DNA of 63,874 nucleotides, filler included, from Choristocarpus tenellus KU-1152 (Eukaryota; Protista; Phaeophyceae): assembly GCA_964200185.2 (NCBI GenBank). It is 9 parts of 9 records of this genome, joined end to end, with 100 filler letters (N's around TTAATTAATTAA, not from the genome) between each part and the next. Parts side by side here need not be neighbours in the genome. Positions count along the whole stretch, not along the records: positions 39,162 to 42,171 come from CAXNAD020022961.1; positions 42,272 to 46,909 come from CAXNAD020013681.1; positions 47,010 to 55,483 come from CAXNAD020004670.1; 6 more parts are not named here. The stretch is one strand, 5' to 3'. Below the pieces are notes generated by a model. That model did no database searches. It was given only the letters and a program-made list of their open reading frames with translations, and was not told the origin of the DNA. Made by a program: the position numbers and the translations under genes. Shown here one piece after another: positions 40,473 through 53,900 of this stretch (position 1 is its first letter; each line of letters opens with the position of its first letter).

Positions 40473-40793
40473 ATGTCTGGACGTGGCAAGGGCGGGAAGG
40501 GACTGGGTAAGGGTGGTGCCAAGCGCCGTCGTAAGGTGTTCTTCGTGGCAACATCCAGGGTATCAATAAACCAGCTATCTGTTGTCTGACACACACATCG
40601 TGGGGTTGTGAAGTGAATCTCGGACCTTATCTATGAAGAGACTCTTGTGGTGTCCTGAAGGTGTTCCTTGAGATCATGATTCGTGACTCAGTGACCTACA
40701 CCGAGCATGCTCGCCGCAAGACTGTCACTGCAATGGACGTGTTGTATGCCCTGAAGTATCAGGGCCGCACCCTGCTATGGTTTCGGCGGCTAA
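40473..40793 (+). pseudogene. H4: Histone H4 pseudogene
   Basis: [58 protein letters not shown], with several frameshifting insertions and an internal TGA. Confidence 0.95.
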
Positions 40794-40960
40794 GATCCAA
40801 TAGGACGTCTTCAAGCTGTTGGGCTGGTTATGCCCCTCTGTTGGACCGGATCACCACAACTAGTGTTTCTTAAACAACACCCTTATCCAAAATAGGCCTT
40901 TTGAAAATGACTGGTCTAAAATATGTTTCTTCAATCATAGCATTTGGTCCTTCTTCAATG

Positions 40961-41216
40961 GAGTGAAAGTGTCTTAGAGGGTACGAATTTTGCCCTGTTT
41001 GTCCATTTGGGGCTTGGCTTCCCTCGATTTTTTATGACATTTTACCTACTCCAAAAGGTTTCGGAGAAGTAAAATGTCTACGTTATGAAAAGGAGTGTCC
41101 GGAACAAGGATATTGACATCTCCTAACAAACATGATAGCCAAAATTACATCAAATTGCAACATTGGATTTTGGCCCCCAAATAGACTCAACTCTACCCTC
41201 TCAGATACTTTCACTC
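40961..41216 (+). mobile_element. MITE family B (Sola2-like)
   Basis: GAGTGAAAGTGTCT...AGATACTTTCACTC with the same internal sequence as the other copies. The flanks (AATG/CTTG) do not form a TSD. Confidence 0.85.
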
Positions 41217-41895
41217 CTTGGCCAATAATTTGAGCCAGGCCTTCTGAGGGGACACCTGTGGAAAGGAGGGTGTGTATGGACAATCCTAAGGCCTGTATTG
41301 GAGGGCTTGTACGTACAGCTTGTGAGAAGGACTCGCCATGAGGCCCTTGCTGCTTTGCTAGGAGGGTGGGGAGAGTAGCCACCATTGATCCTACGAAAGC
41401 TGCATGTTGGCGGTGTTTCATAGAGGAGAGGCCCAGACCCCCCGCCCTTGTAGGCATCTGTGCCTGTACTTTTTGGTGGGTCTCTAGGCGGAGAGACCTA
41501 TTGTTGCACCCTTTAAGAAATCTGTCACCTCTGTCGCATCGGCTATCTCCATTATCTTCTCTAGTGTCCTCAGGGAGGTATTGTCTGCTTGCTCCATGGT
41601 GGAGTGTTCCAGGAGGGGGAGAGTGCCCCTCACAAGATAGTCTAGCCGGGAGGAGAGGGACCAGGAGTTGAGGAGCCAGGCCACCTGCTTGTCCTCCATC
41701 TCGCTTAGGTGTGTGGCTAAAAAGCTCATGTCCCAGAGCTCTCGATCACCTCCGACATGTGGCTCGAACGAAGTCATCTGTTCCTACTGGAGCCCCTAGA
41801 GTGACAAAACCACTGGGATGCGGGGCTAGGTTGATTCTCACTGGGGAAAGGAGTTCTAGTTCCGAGGGCGTGGGTTGGTGGTCCTATATTTTGTA
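41217..41895 (-). mobile_element. CRE-clade LINE fragment (end of RT and thumb)
   Basis: GFVTLGAPVGTDDFV, SRLDYLVRGTLP and QAQMPTRAGGLGLSS..AAFVGS, with frameshifts. Confidence 0.85.
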
Positions 41896-41925
41896 GCCTC
41901 TTTCTAACATTTGTATTATTTGAGG

Positions 41926-42171
41926 TGTGGAAAGCATGTTTGCCTGTTGTTATACCGTTATTGTCGTTTGGTATATACCGTTATACCGTCGTACCGATTG
42001 AGGTTCCTTGTCAAGCATCCATGATTCCACTGGTCAAGCTCCCGTCAGGATAAAACCATGGGATCTCTTCACGAGACCAATCCCACAGACTTGGGACAAC
42101 TCGTCATTCAGCGTTGTCACACATGGAAGATCCACTTTGTTCTCACGTCTTGACTTGTGGTGATTAAGCCC
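41926..42171. repeat. LTR-like repeat, truncated by the contig end
   Basis: Second copy of the TG-starting repeat at 39000. Confidence 0.6.
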
Positions 42172-42441
42172 NNNNNNNNNNNNNNNNNNNNNNNNNNNNN
42201 NNNNNNNNNNNNNNNTTAATTAATTAANNNNNNNNNNNNNNNNNNNNNNNNNNNNNNNNNNNNNNNNNNNNAGTTTGGGAGCAAATAACATGAACAATTA
42301 AACCCCCTCCCTTCACCCCCTCCCCCCTCTGCAGTGTTGCTGTACCAGTATCAACTTAGAAAAGGATATCAGATTCTGTTGAGTAAATAATTTGTTCATA
42401 ATACACATAATAGTGACCAGTGACCCCTTTCGCTACAAACA

Positions 42442-45400
42442 TCAATGAGAGATGCTCCTCAGTGAAAGATACCCCTCCAACCACAGGAATATTTGTGTTG
42501 ATGACGCCCACAAAGGCACACAAAGGATCGTGAATATCAACTCCTCCTTGGAAATCTTCAAAGCATGAAACGGACCTGGCAAAAAGGTCATGGATCTAAC
42601 AAGATTTGAACCCACAATGAATACCATAATACAGTAGACTTCACTTGTTCTAGCCTTCCGTCGCCCAACCATGCTTGCCAAGCGGGGATAGTTACTTAGA
42701 AATACCAGTCTTACTATGTACGACAGTTACTTAGAAATTCTAATGTATTATGTGCTTCCATGAACTGTGTTTGAAGTTAAACGCCATAGGGGTTAGTCAA
42801 GCAATGCTGCACAAATGTTGCAAGTGGGGTATGATAGCTTCCATTGTTCACAATCAAGTATCAAGTATCAAGTATCAACAACTAACAACCAACAACCCAT
42901 GCCACAGCGATAGTAGTTTATAACCACAAGAGCTTTAAAAGTAGTTGTATTGCACCATTCAAGTGTAACAGTTATCACAACAGAAAAAGATAACTGAAAA
43001 ATACAATATTCGTATCAATGAATCAAGATATTCACCTCTCCATTGTGCAGCATGAAGTATGTCAGATCCAAAAAGAATAGAGTCAGCACAAAATCCCACA
43101 TTGCATCATCCAACGATGATGAAACCTTAGCACTCTCATCCAAGTCATGTTGTGCATGCTTAGATGGTAAGGCCTTGATTGCGGCTGTAAGGTAGGATTG
43201 CATCTGTGCATCAGACATTGTTCAAATCACTAGGCAGGGGGGGGGGCTATGGAATGCCATTTTTTAACTCTCCTATTAATAACCACATAAGCATTGGCTT
43301 TGATTGTTGCAAACAGGAAGGACAAGTCCAACATGAGCCTCAAAGTGACAACACACAGAGGTATCACACATATGATTTGACCAAACCAACAGTCAGGGTA
43401 CAACCATCACAGGACATACACTTCCAATATGCAGCTCAAGTTAGATTTGTGAGGTGCATCATGATCGATTGGCTTACAATTCACCTTTCCAGTGCAGCAG
43501 TTAGACGTGTCATCATGTATGATACAATCCGCATGTATTGTTACTGCTTCAGATACAATGTGTGTAATCAGTCAGTTGTCTCCGGTACTGAGATTTCCCT
43601 AACCAAACCAGCTACTAATCTTCATTTTTCAACATTGCCATCTCAGTTATACTTCACTACAATCCAGCTGTTCCATAGTACATATCAGCAATAGTCCTTG
43701 TGCCATTGCTGTATGTTCAATGGTATCCATGCTTTATTTACACAACAGAGTGAACTAGTGACAAATGAAGGACAAAACAACATTACAACACTGCAAAATT
43801 GAATGTCCCAGTACATCAATAGCTTGTTTGATTCGTGTGAAGTGGGTCCTTTTGCTTCATAAATAAATAAATAGCGTGTGATATTGACTTAACTTCAAAG
43901 TAGGAGCATGCCCACACTATATATATTATGCCAATATCATAAACAAGTAAAAGGTGCTGGGCATTTCCTTGTATCTACAATAGTAGGTTTATGTCAAACA
44001 CAAACTCAAACACACACCTCCTGCATGAACAGAATTTCTCCATTGCAAAGGTGTGATTGAAAATGAGATGCGCATGAACTGACCCAGAACATGGGGGCTT
44101 CTTGTCTCAATGCCAAACTGCAGCCCACACATTCTCAATCACGCCATGTGTATTTTAAGAAGGTAAACATAATCTTACAAACCAACCTCAACCTAAGGTC
44201 ATTGTCAAAAGACTAGGCAGGAAAATTGTCACACAAATATAATACTAGAACCTGGTTGTCCATAGCCATTTAAGGTATATCAGTTTTGTTTGTTACTTGG
44301 AGTTAGCAGTTAAGACTCCAAAAAGAGATTTGGGAGTGCAAAATGTTGAAATCACACTATTTAACAGCACATCCTTTTCACTCACAACAGTCTTTTTACC
44401 AGAAAGAATCATTAATTTATCTCAGTTAGGGAAACCAATACCAGCACCTATATATACCCCCACTAACTTTGCCAGCCCTTATTGTTCCATCCATCAAGGG
44501 ACGACCTCAGGGGTCCGGCCCCATGGTGTAAGATATGAGCACCAAAGAATACAAGAGACATCAAAGCAACCGCCAACTACTGGAGGAGAGAATGTTAAGC
44601 TCACCTTTCACAGTCTGAGCCCCATTGGATTCTCCTCGAGATGAAGGTTTTTGCCTAATGCCTTCCAATGAGCGTACTGACCCCATAGGCTGATCAATAT
44701 TTTGCACATCTTGAGAATTCCCTCTTACAATCATATCCCGCAGGGCCTTCAATCAGAGAAAGCAGTACTAGAATGAACGGGGACGTATTTGAACTATATA
44801 TCCACAAAAACGAAAACACAGCCAAATTGCTTCAATACTTCTTGCAGTGCTATAGATGGATAGTAAGGATATAGCCAAGTACAAACCTTCTCCCAGCGGT
44901 CAATCTCTCCTGGCTTTTCAGAAGACAGTTTCCACTTTTGCCCTCCTCCACCTGCTATGACCATGACCGAGTCTCCAGTGCCATCCCCATCTTGCTTGGG
45001 GAATTTAGTGATGGTGATATCCTCATCCAGAGTGAGGATGCCCCTTGGGGAGCTGCAGAAGTCTACACTCTCGAAAAGGCGAGCCTGCATCAAACCAGGA
45101 AAAATATAGTAGGGACGATTGCAACATCTACATCCTTCAGTCATATCAAGGACCAGATTCGTATAGGCAAAGGTCATGGCAAGATTGGGAACATGTCCCA
45201 AGAGATGCTCAACCTGGAATATTGTGACAATAATGTTGGGACTGGAGAATTTCTGATCTCACCACCAGAAATCTTGTAACGTCGATTTTCAATTGTACCT
45301 CGAAATAACAAAGGTTGCCGGACTTCAGAAGAACGAAGCATCGATCCTTCCAGTTATGCTGGGCAATCTTTCCAAAACCCCCTCTTCGCTTTTGCAGGTT

Positions 45401-45624
45401 GCCCACCATTTCGAAGTCACTCTTCGACGGAGGGACCGGGATATTTTGTGTATCCTGACAGTTCACGTGTCAAGGAGTAGCAATTAGAGTATTTAGAGCA
45501 ACAGCAGCACCAAGCAATGGTGTAACAAACGACTTCTGTCAAACCGTGGATCGCATGTAACGCCAAGTGGTAAGAGCTTACACCACAAACCGTTCAATCC
45601 CGAGTTGTCCTATACCCTTGCCAT
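42442..45624 (-). CDS. PH-domain protein with C-terminal hydrophobic (putative transmembrane) segments, 3' end uncertain
   Basis: Exons 45624-45616, 45454-45299, 45084-44887, 44746-44605, 43184-43036 and about 42654 onward are phase-consistent. GNLQKRRGGFGKIAQHNWKDRCFVLLKSGNLCYFE..PRGILTL..KWKLSSEKPGEIDRWEKAL is a typical PH domain. Confidence 0.75.
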
Positions 45625-47109
45625 GCACGTACTGATAATTGGAGGAGACGGTCGGGAAATCAAGAGTGGAAACTACCGTCTCCAAGGATGTATACGAAAT
45701 AAAATGGGTGATTCCTGTTCAAATCTGAATCAACCAATCCGAACCGACCTGAATGCAATAACCTCCTTTGTAAACACAAAACAAACACACTAAGGCAACC
45801 ACTTTCTACTCTAGATAACACTGCTTGCTGGTGGCTGCGGCCTTTCTTAGCTTGACCCTCGGATGCAAAACAGAGACCGCACTACCGAATAGAGCGCACC
45901 GTCAGCCAGCAAGATCTTGACGTCGGCCTCTCTGTAAACCCCTTGCTGGAGGACCGTGCAAAGGAATCATCCGAGCCTACTGTTCGGGCCAGGTTGTCGG
46001 AAAAAATCACAGGGCGTTCAGGGTTGCCCCTACCATGCAGGAAATAAGAGCAAAGGGGCATGGAGTGTTCTGATTAAAGGAGAAAACTGTAGAACGGTGG
46101 GAAGATAGCATTGGCAAAGGTTGAATATTGATTCATACGGTTGGCCCCGGCTACAGTGTGATAGTTCTTACGCCTCCATTAGCTTTCACCTTCCATTTCC
46201 AGCCATGGTCCCACAGTCTGGCAACCCTTCACGTGTCTTACGGGTTCTCTCCAAAATGTATTTTTTGAAGTCTTGTTCCATCAGTACGAGGTTATGTTTG
46301 CCTGTTTTTCATATAACTCAGGTGTTTATCCGTCCCAATCCCATTGTGGTAGATCTTGGATCGAATCCTGAATGAGAAGTCTACACTTCCTGAAGGGGAA
46401 TTTTATTTCCGTTTTTCACCTAACTAACATTAACTTATACTTCATCTGTTCGGAATTAAATGTAATATAACTTTTTGCACATATTATTTTTATGGGTATA
46501 TTATGTAGGCAGTAAAAGGTTGCCCACTGAAATCTCAAGTAAAATGGGAAGGTCTACACCTATCTATGATTCGAGTACTTTGAAGTATTTTTTATTATTT
46601 AGTCAATATGATGTCATATAGAGGTCATAAATGTGGCTTGTTCAGTCCTACTTATACACCCCAATTCAAGGCGCTAAAGTGAAAAATTGCAGCGAGAGAT
46701 CCACCATATCTGACGACATTTAATTGTATGGAGCCTTCTACGAGTCTCATCATTCGCCTACAGGCTTGTGGATTGGAACTACATATCCCATCATGGTAAG
46801 CTTGCGGACCGTTTTGTAACATTGGAGGTCCTACCTTGTCTCTTAAAACCAGAGAGAATACTCAGCTTAATGCATCAGTGTCAAAGTATCTGGGGGGGGG
46901 GGTCGGCATNNNNNNNNNNNNNNNNNNNNNNNNNNNNNNNNNNNNNNNNNNNNTTAATTAATTAANNNNNNNNNNNNNNNNNNNNNNNNNNNNNNNNNNN
47001 NNNNNNNNNCCCTTCTTGATGCTCCCCTTGTTTTTTCTTGTCGTGGTTGCTTTCCCCCCCCCCCCCCCCCCCCCCGCCACACACATGAAAGCTTGCTTTT
47101 GAGCTCCAG

Positions 47110-47493
47110 CAGAGCCTGCAGCACCTTGTGGCAGGAGACAAGGGTCTACTGGCCAAGGCACGTGCCGCATTCCAGAGTCATGTCCGAGCCTATGCTGCGA
47201 GGGCTCCAGACAGTCGTGCAGTGTTTCAAGTGCGTTCCCTGCACCTTGGTCATGTTGCACGCAGCTTTGCGCTGAAGGACCCCCCAACCGCAGTTAAGGT
47301 TGGCAAAAAGATTGTCCGTCGCCCTGGGGCCAGTGCCAGAACCGGTTCCAGGGCTGGGAGTGGAGGTGGGAGGGAGGGAGGAAGTAGGGTTGAAAAGAGG
47401 AAGCGGGATGGAGCCAGAGGCGGGGGGGGAGGCATCCGTAGGCTCGGGTTGAGCAAAAAGATTGAGCGATTTTCACGTGCTGAGTTCTTGTAG
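47110..47493 (+). CDS. DDX31: Final exon of DEAD-box RNA helicase DDX31/DBP7 (DUF4217/CTE domain), 5' part outside the contig
   Basis: LLAKARAAFQSHVRAYA..VFQVRSLHLGHVARSFALKDPP followed by a basic tail ending in EF. A pyrimidine tract and CAG acceptor precede it. Confidence 0.85.
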   Translation, partial: QSLQHLVAGDKGLLAKARAAFQSHVRAYAARAPDSRAVFQVRSLHLGHVARSFALKDPPTAVKVGKKIVRRPGASARTGSRAGSGGGREGGSRVEKRKRDGARGGGGGIRRLGLSKKIERFSRAEFL

Positions 47494-50400
47494 ATTTTTT
47501 TTTTCTTTGTTCTCCCTCCCTTTGATGCCCTTAGCGTATCTTTTAATGCCCGTATGGTCCAAACTTTTGCTGATTTTGAATGTTTGGGATGTCTTTACCA
47601 TTACACTCCCTGCGATGTTTTGTGCTGACCCTCACATCTGGTTGATGTTAAGTTGCCAGGATGTTTGTTTGCTTCCGGTGCCCAATACCAGTGCTGGGTT
47701 TTGTCTACTTGCTCTGGAGCACTTGTAGGTTGACTTCATATGCAGTGTATATTAGATCGACGAGCTTAGGAAGAGATTTGTGTTGCTGGGGTAGGTGACA
47801 AGGGTCGAGTGTATGTCATTTCTGTTTGTAGGTGACCTGGCTGACGTATTGTCGGGAATATTGGCATGTGATGTCTTTGTGACACAATGGATGCATGTAT
47901 AAATTATTCGTGTAGATGTAGTAGCATGCTCTTCGAAGTGTCCGGGGTATAGTCCTTGATTAGTGTGACTATTCCGTTGCAGAGGATGCAGGCTCTTGCT
48001 TGCCTCTGCCGCTATGAATTTCTTCCATTGGTTTTTTCTTGTATTTGCTGCTGAAGTGGGTCGTATAGTGCACTCATGTGTTGAGAATTTCATAGCACAG
48101 CATATCGGCTCTTTTTAGTGGCCCTTCCGTCCAATTTGTCAGTGGCCAGACAATTTTGACTACAAAGTAGAGATTGCCACCGAGTACATGTTGGGATGTT
48201 GGTATGGCGGAGCAAGGTGCTATTTTTACTGCTGATGTGCAAATATGCCACTGACGGTATAACTTTAGTGTGTCACATCATCATCGGTTTCTTTTTCATG
48301 CATACTGTACCACCAACCCCACTATCTCTACCCTTCCCTTCCGCGTAACAGGTTGATGTTGAGAAACTACGGAAGAAAATGTAACTTTGTTTTTTAATTA
48401 GTCTAAGGCCCGGGTAAAGGTAGAGCACAGGAAATGTATGTACCAGAGCCTATGTTTCCTCTGGAGTGAGCTCAGTGTGTTTGGCAGTGTTAATCCCAAG
48501 TTGTTGATGCATTGTTCAACAGCTCCTGGTGTGTGTGTGTGTGTGTGTTTGAATGGAATGCTGTGCTGGTTAATGCAGGTGAGTTGCCCATGGCTAGATG
48601 CCAAGTTGAGGGGTCAAAAATAGTAATTCCTTCCTTCAAGAAAAAATATAGAGACGACAGTCCGTCAACAAAAGCCATCAAGACTAAAGCACAAACTAAT
48701 GGCCCTGTGCAAGAACTTGGGATAAATAAGGTAGTCAAGGACGTACTCGAGATAGGGAGTGCTAGGTATTGCATAATGTGGTCCTTGACAGAAGGGACAA
48801 GGGACTAAAGAGACGGCTCGTCCCATTGACCCTAACTGCCTGTGAGTAGTGGTCTGTTGATGGGGATATATTGGCAGTATAATATACTATGTGATAGACT
48901 TTGATCTTGACTAGACTGTGCTGCATGCAGTGTTCAGCCCAACCAAAATTGATGCTCATTTTACAGTTTCTCAGAGTGTGCAGTATGATACAACAGGATG
49001 GAAGAGCATGGCAGAGGAATATGTAGCAAGATGGGATGGATGGTGAACCCATGCACCTTGTCGAAAACGAGAGCAGGAGTGAAAGGTGATGACAATAACA
49101 AGTGCCATTTTTCTTCTGGCAGTTGATGTCAACTTTGCACCTGGAAGACAGGGAGTGGATTGTTGACCGTCACAACAGATGAAGCTCTGATAGAAGTTTT
49201 CTTATTTGTTGTGGCCAACTGTCGACAGTGAACGAGAGAGTGTGCATGAAGTACTAGTAACTGCTCTATGTCGTACTTCACCAAGCACCACATAGGCCAT
49301 ATTTTAACAGTCTTTCATTATACTCCCTTTCACAATAGGATAACAGACAATGAATGGATAAAGAGGCTATCCTATGTTAGAGGGGAGCCTATTTAAGCCC
49401 TTTGGAGTAATGAAGAACTCTTCGAGCCTTCTCCCTGACATCCCATTCCCATGAAGGAAATTCATGGTTACCAAGCTTTTAAAGAGACACTCTGGTGCCT
49501 GTAGAAGAGTATCCAAACTTTAGTCTACAAAATTAGTGTGGTGTTGAGAACCAAAATTGATGGTTAAAGTTGTATCACCTAGAAATTTGCAATTAATTCC
49601 ATTGTGTAGCTGTCAGCACACAAGGCGAGAAATACTCTGGAGTATATAGCACTCCAAGGCAGAAGGCCCCCTACCTGGTGAGGGACCCTGCTGTAGGCGA
49701 AAAATTTACTTAAGACTCCTTGTGCTCTTTGTCCATCACCAGAAGCATGGTATACTGCACTAAGAATAGTGGAGACAGGCTATTGCTCATGTTTTTGCTC
49801 AAGGAAGGCTGAAGAATATGTTCCCCAAGGGTTGACTGAATGAACAACGGTGGATTTACCATGATAATAATTATAAACTCTATTACACACAGAATACTTG
49901 GGATGTATACAAACAAGAGAACAAAAGACGACCAAAACATGTATGTACAGCTTACAACTTTTGAGAAGTTCACAATACAATAATCGATGAACAGAACAGC
50001 AAGACACCTCGGCAAAATAGAAAATAAAAAATAACAGAATCAACCAACTGTTCCCTTTGTGATCTAGGTCATTTCTCAACCATTAATTGACTGAGTCAAC
50101 TAAACTGTTGCAGTTCATAACACTAAAAATTGCCGTTCAGAGTGCTAGAAGCACATGCACTACTCCGAACATGTCAAAGGCAGTCACAGGGGCCCCAAAC
50201 ACCCAATTGCACCCCCCTCATTTGACAGCATAGCTCAAACCAATCGCTTTTTTCAAGTTGATCAACGATGTGTTTGACCTTCTATCTTGCGCAAGCAATA
50301 GAGGAAGAGGAGTGGGTTGATGGTTGCCTAGATCTAGCAAATGAGCTCTGTGCATCCTGGAATGGCACTGCCCCAGAAGTCTGGATGTCTAAAACAACCC

Positions 50401-50937
50401 TGCTGTGCCGTCCCTATCCACCACTCCAACCAATATTACATACAGTAGTAAATGCATTAATCTTTAGGGAAAATAGAATGCAAAATGAAATCGCGATATT
50501 TGCAACCTGGTGCTAAGAATCTACAGCATAGGGAATAGCCTAAACCTATTCATCCTCCTCCTGCATAGAGTACAGGGATCTTTACAACTTCATTCTTGCT
50601 GACTTGTGTACTGTTGAAAACACCGTACATCTAAGTTCTTCCAGTCGAGTTGATCCCCACAGCCCAAGCAAGTAACCATATAATGAGCAAGGAGGAGGAG
50701 GGACTCCTCCCTCCAACAGTAGGATGTAGTATCAGCACATGGGTTGTCTGACCCTCCAGGAAGAGGTCAAGAAACATTTAAGAAGACAGAAGGATTTCTA
50801 TCCCAATTTCAAGGGGCACTGCACACTGTGCTGCCTGCAGAGAGCCTAAAGCACCTGAGCATCCACTGTGGGAGAGCGGCTGTGGAAAACAGGAGGGAAG
50901 CATGCCCAGGAGCACATTTTGTCATCTGACAACATAC

Positions 50938-53900
50938 CTCCCTGGCTCCTCGCTGCCTCCTCTTAAATACTTGGACTCAATCAGTCCAATTGTCTGTTGG
51001 CAGAGGAGGCAGACGAAATGGAGGTAGGGCAAGGGAGCGCTGCGGTGAGACTGAGCAGGATGATCGATGACAACACTAAGTTAGTAGGATAAATACAGTT
51101 TTATGTGGCCCCTAACTTGTGGTCCTATTCAGGTGTTCTGTGCTTCAGCAAAAGGGGGGTGAGGGACTTACTGTGTTGGATATCATGAATAGTACACACG
51201 GGGAGAGGAAGGGAAAGGGTCTTTTGTTCTAGCTAGAAGGGTAGCAGCACTGTAACAGCTTATTGAGATAGACAAAGAAAGTAGCCTTCATTGAGACACC
51301 TAACGAACACCCTTTTCATGCTGCATTCCCAAGCATACTGTATCCCTACCCTCACCCCTCCCCCTCAATTCCCTTGATTGTCAATCACTGAACACCCACC
51401 TCTCCCTCATCAGAGTCGGACAAGGCCTCATCATCTGTCATCCCATACTCAATCCTGGGCACTACCATCAGGTCTGTGGTAGATGGTGCGAAAAACGCCA
51501 AAGCACCCCGTCCAACACCAGCGCTGCCCCCCGTCCCCTGTCCCTCCCGAGAGTTGAGGGCAGACCTCCCCACCATCAACGACAATGGTGCTACTCTGCT
51601 GGCCCTGTGAGCAGCTCTGATACCACCAGTAGGGCTCCCCAGGGAGGACAGACCAAGTGCCGATGAGACCTCAGCCTCTGTTAATCCTGATTCGTCTGCT
51701 TCTCCGCCATCTGGTTCAATGGGCACCGCTAGCAACCCTTCCCAACCACTTTGGTCAAGACCATCACCCTCAAAATCCACCGGCAATCGAAGTGTCTGAG
51801 TTGTCGGGTCTCCTTCTGCATCAGAATCCCATGGTGCCACAACAACTGCTGCTGGTGGCATCGGCTGTGACTGCGGCACTGATGGTTGTGAAGACGCAGT
51901 TTCAAATGGCATTCTCCTGTGTTGTCCCATGCCCTGCAATTGAGGATGACTGTCCACTTCCTGATGTGCAGAGGGAGAAGACCCAGGAGGCACTTGGAAG
52001 TTTCCAGTGTATTCTTCCTCTTCAGCTGATGTGTTCTGAATACCACTCCCATGGCCTTGGCTACCATCCCCTTCAGCCTTGTCTTTGCCACTGGCACCCA
52101 TACTCTGCGCTTCAAGTGACTGTGCACTCCCAGAGAGTCCACTTACTCCTCGGAGTTTTTTGCCCATAATCGTTGTCGCTCCTGCATGAGTTAGGACTGG
52201 ACTCCGCACATCTTCCTCATATTTGTTTCCATTTACACCCACTCCGTCACCATCCACTGCATCCTTGTCCTCAGTTGACCCAACTCCCTGTCTCCCTCCA
52301 GACAAACGGACCCCTGACTCATCTCCTCCTACATCAGGCCAAAAGAAGCTGGTATTTGTTCCGGCATCGGCTGTGTACCTAGCACTCACAGTCTTGGCAA
52401 AAGAGCTGTGGTCTAGGGCAGGCGGTGCTTGATAGACGGCATTCACTGTAGAGGTGCCCCCTGCCTTGGCTGTAAGTACTGGGGAGCCTGGTGTTGGGAA
52501 GTCATGGTTTTGGGAAGGGGCACCATGGGGTGAAGGTAGGGAAGCTGGGGCCCCAGCCATTGGAGTAGAGCCAGAGGTATTGGCAGTAGATGCATGAAGC
52601 ACAGCCTGCAAATTACGCAACTGCTCTGAAAGGTGAGCGAGCTGGCGCTGTTGTTCTACAAGAAATGCCCTGGCCTCAGGACTCAGGCCCCCCAGATGAA
52701 CTCCATTAGGGAGAGATGATGCACAAGGTTCCAACACCTGTTTGTCTGGAGTTGCCCGGGGCGGGGTGGGGGTGGCAGAGACAGCAATATCGGCAAGTGA
52801 CATAGAGTCCGTTGCCATCAAAGGAGGAGTTGGATACGAGTGGGCCTGGCTCGGATGATAGCCTGAGATACCCGCTCTATTCAGTGGAGATGAAATCTGC
52901 ATTGTAGAACCCTTCTCCCTGGTGAATTCATTCTGCTGCTTATGCACATGCCCACACCCATCCAACTGACTCTGACTCATCTGACCCTGGTTATCCTTTC
53001 CAAAATCCCTCCCTTCAGATACAAATCTCTCGTCTTGAGGCTGCCGCTGCAATCCCCCTGCCCTGCCCCCATCCTGCTCCCCTCGCCCCACCAATCCGTG
53101 CTCAATATCACTCTGAGTCCTCTCCCGATAGTCATTCTTAGCGTGTGTTGAACCCAGCAATTGCATTGCATACTCGGCATCCTGCTTTAGGACTTGAGGG
53201 GTCACACGTTTTTGAGTGTATTTCTCCCGAGGGCCTGCAGAGGTGGCCATATCAGCCTGTGCTTCATCAAGAGATGACTGCAGGCTTACTCGCAGGTCAG
53301 TGATGTCTTCTTCAACTTCAGGTAGAGGTGTAATTGTCCCAATGTCAGACTGGGGTCTGCTCACACTACTTGCTCGGCTTTTGGGAAGTGGTTCGCGACG
53401 TTGCTGAGGGGAAGGAACAACTGCCCTGGTCCTGAGAGGAAGCTGAGGTAGGGATGAGGTGGGCCACATGCAACCAAAAAAGGCAGTAACAAGGAGTGAA
53501 GGGGTTGGGAAGGTGTTAAGCTGGACTCCTAGCAATGATGATTCCAGCTGGGGCAATACAGGATTTGTGTAATGAATGGGAGTCTAGTGCGGAGGAGCTT
53601 ACAGTTAGTCATTTTAAGGCAACTTAAGTTTGTCATACAAACAGGTACATGTGTCCCTCACCTTTGTGGGCGGTGTTGGTGCCTGGGTCGGCGTTGGTTG
53701 CTGGTGGGGAACTGGAGTGTGCTGCTCTTCCTCCCAGGCGTCTCTGACTGGGTTGTTGTAGTGCCGATGATACCTGTTGGTGTTGCTGGGGTTGCTGACA
53801 GGCCTGGCCTCTCCTGACTCCAGTGCCATCTTTAGGGGAAGACCTCGGGTAGTCCCCCTGCCTCAAGATAAAATAGGGAAAGGGGTGTGTGTGTGGTCGG

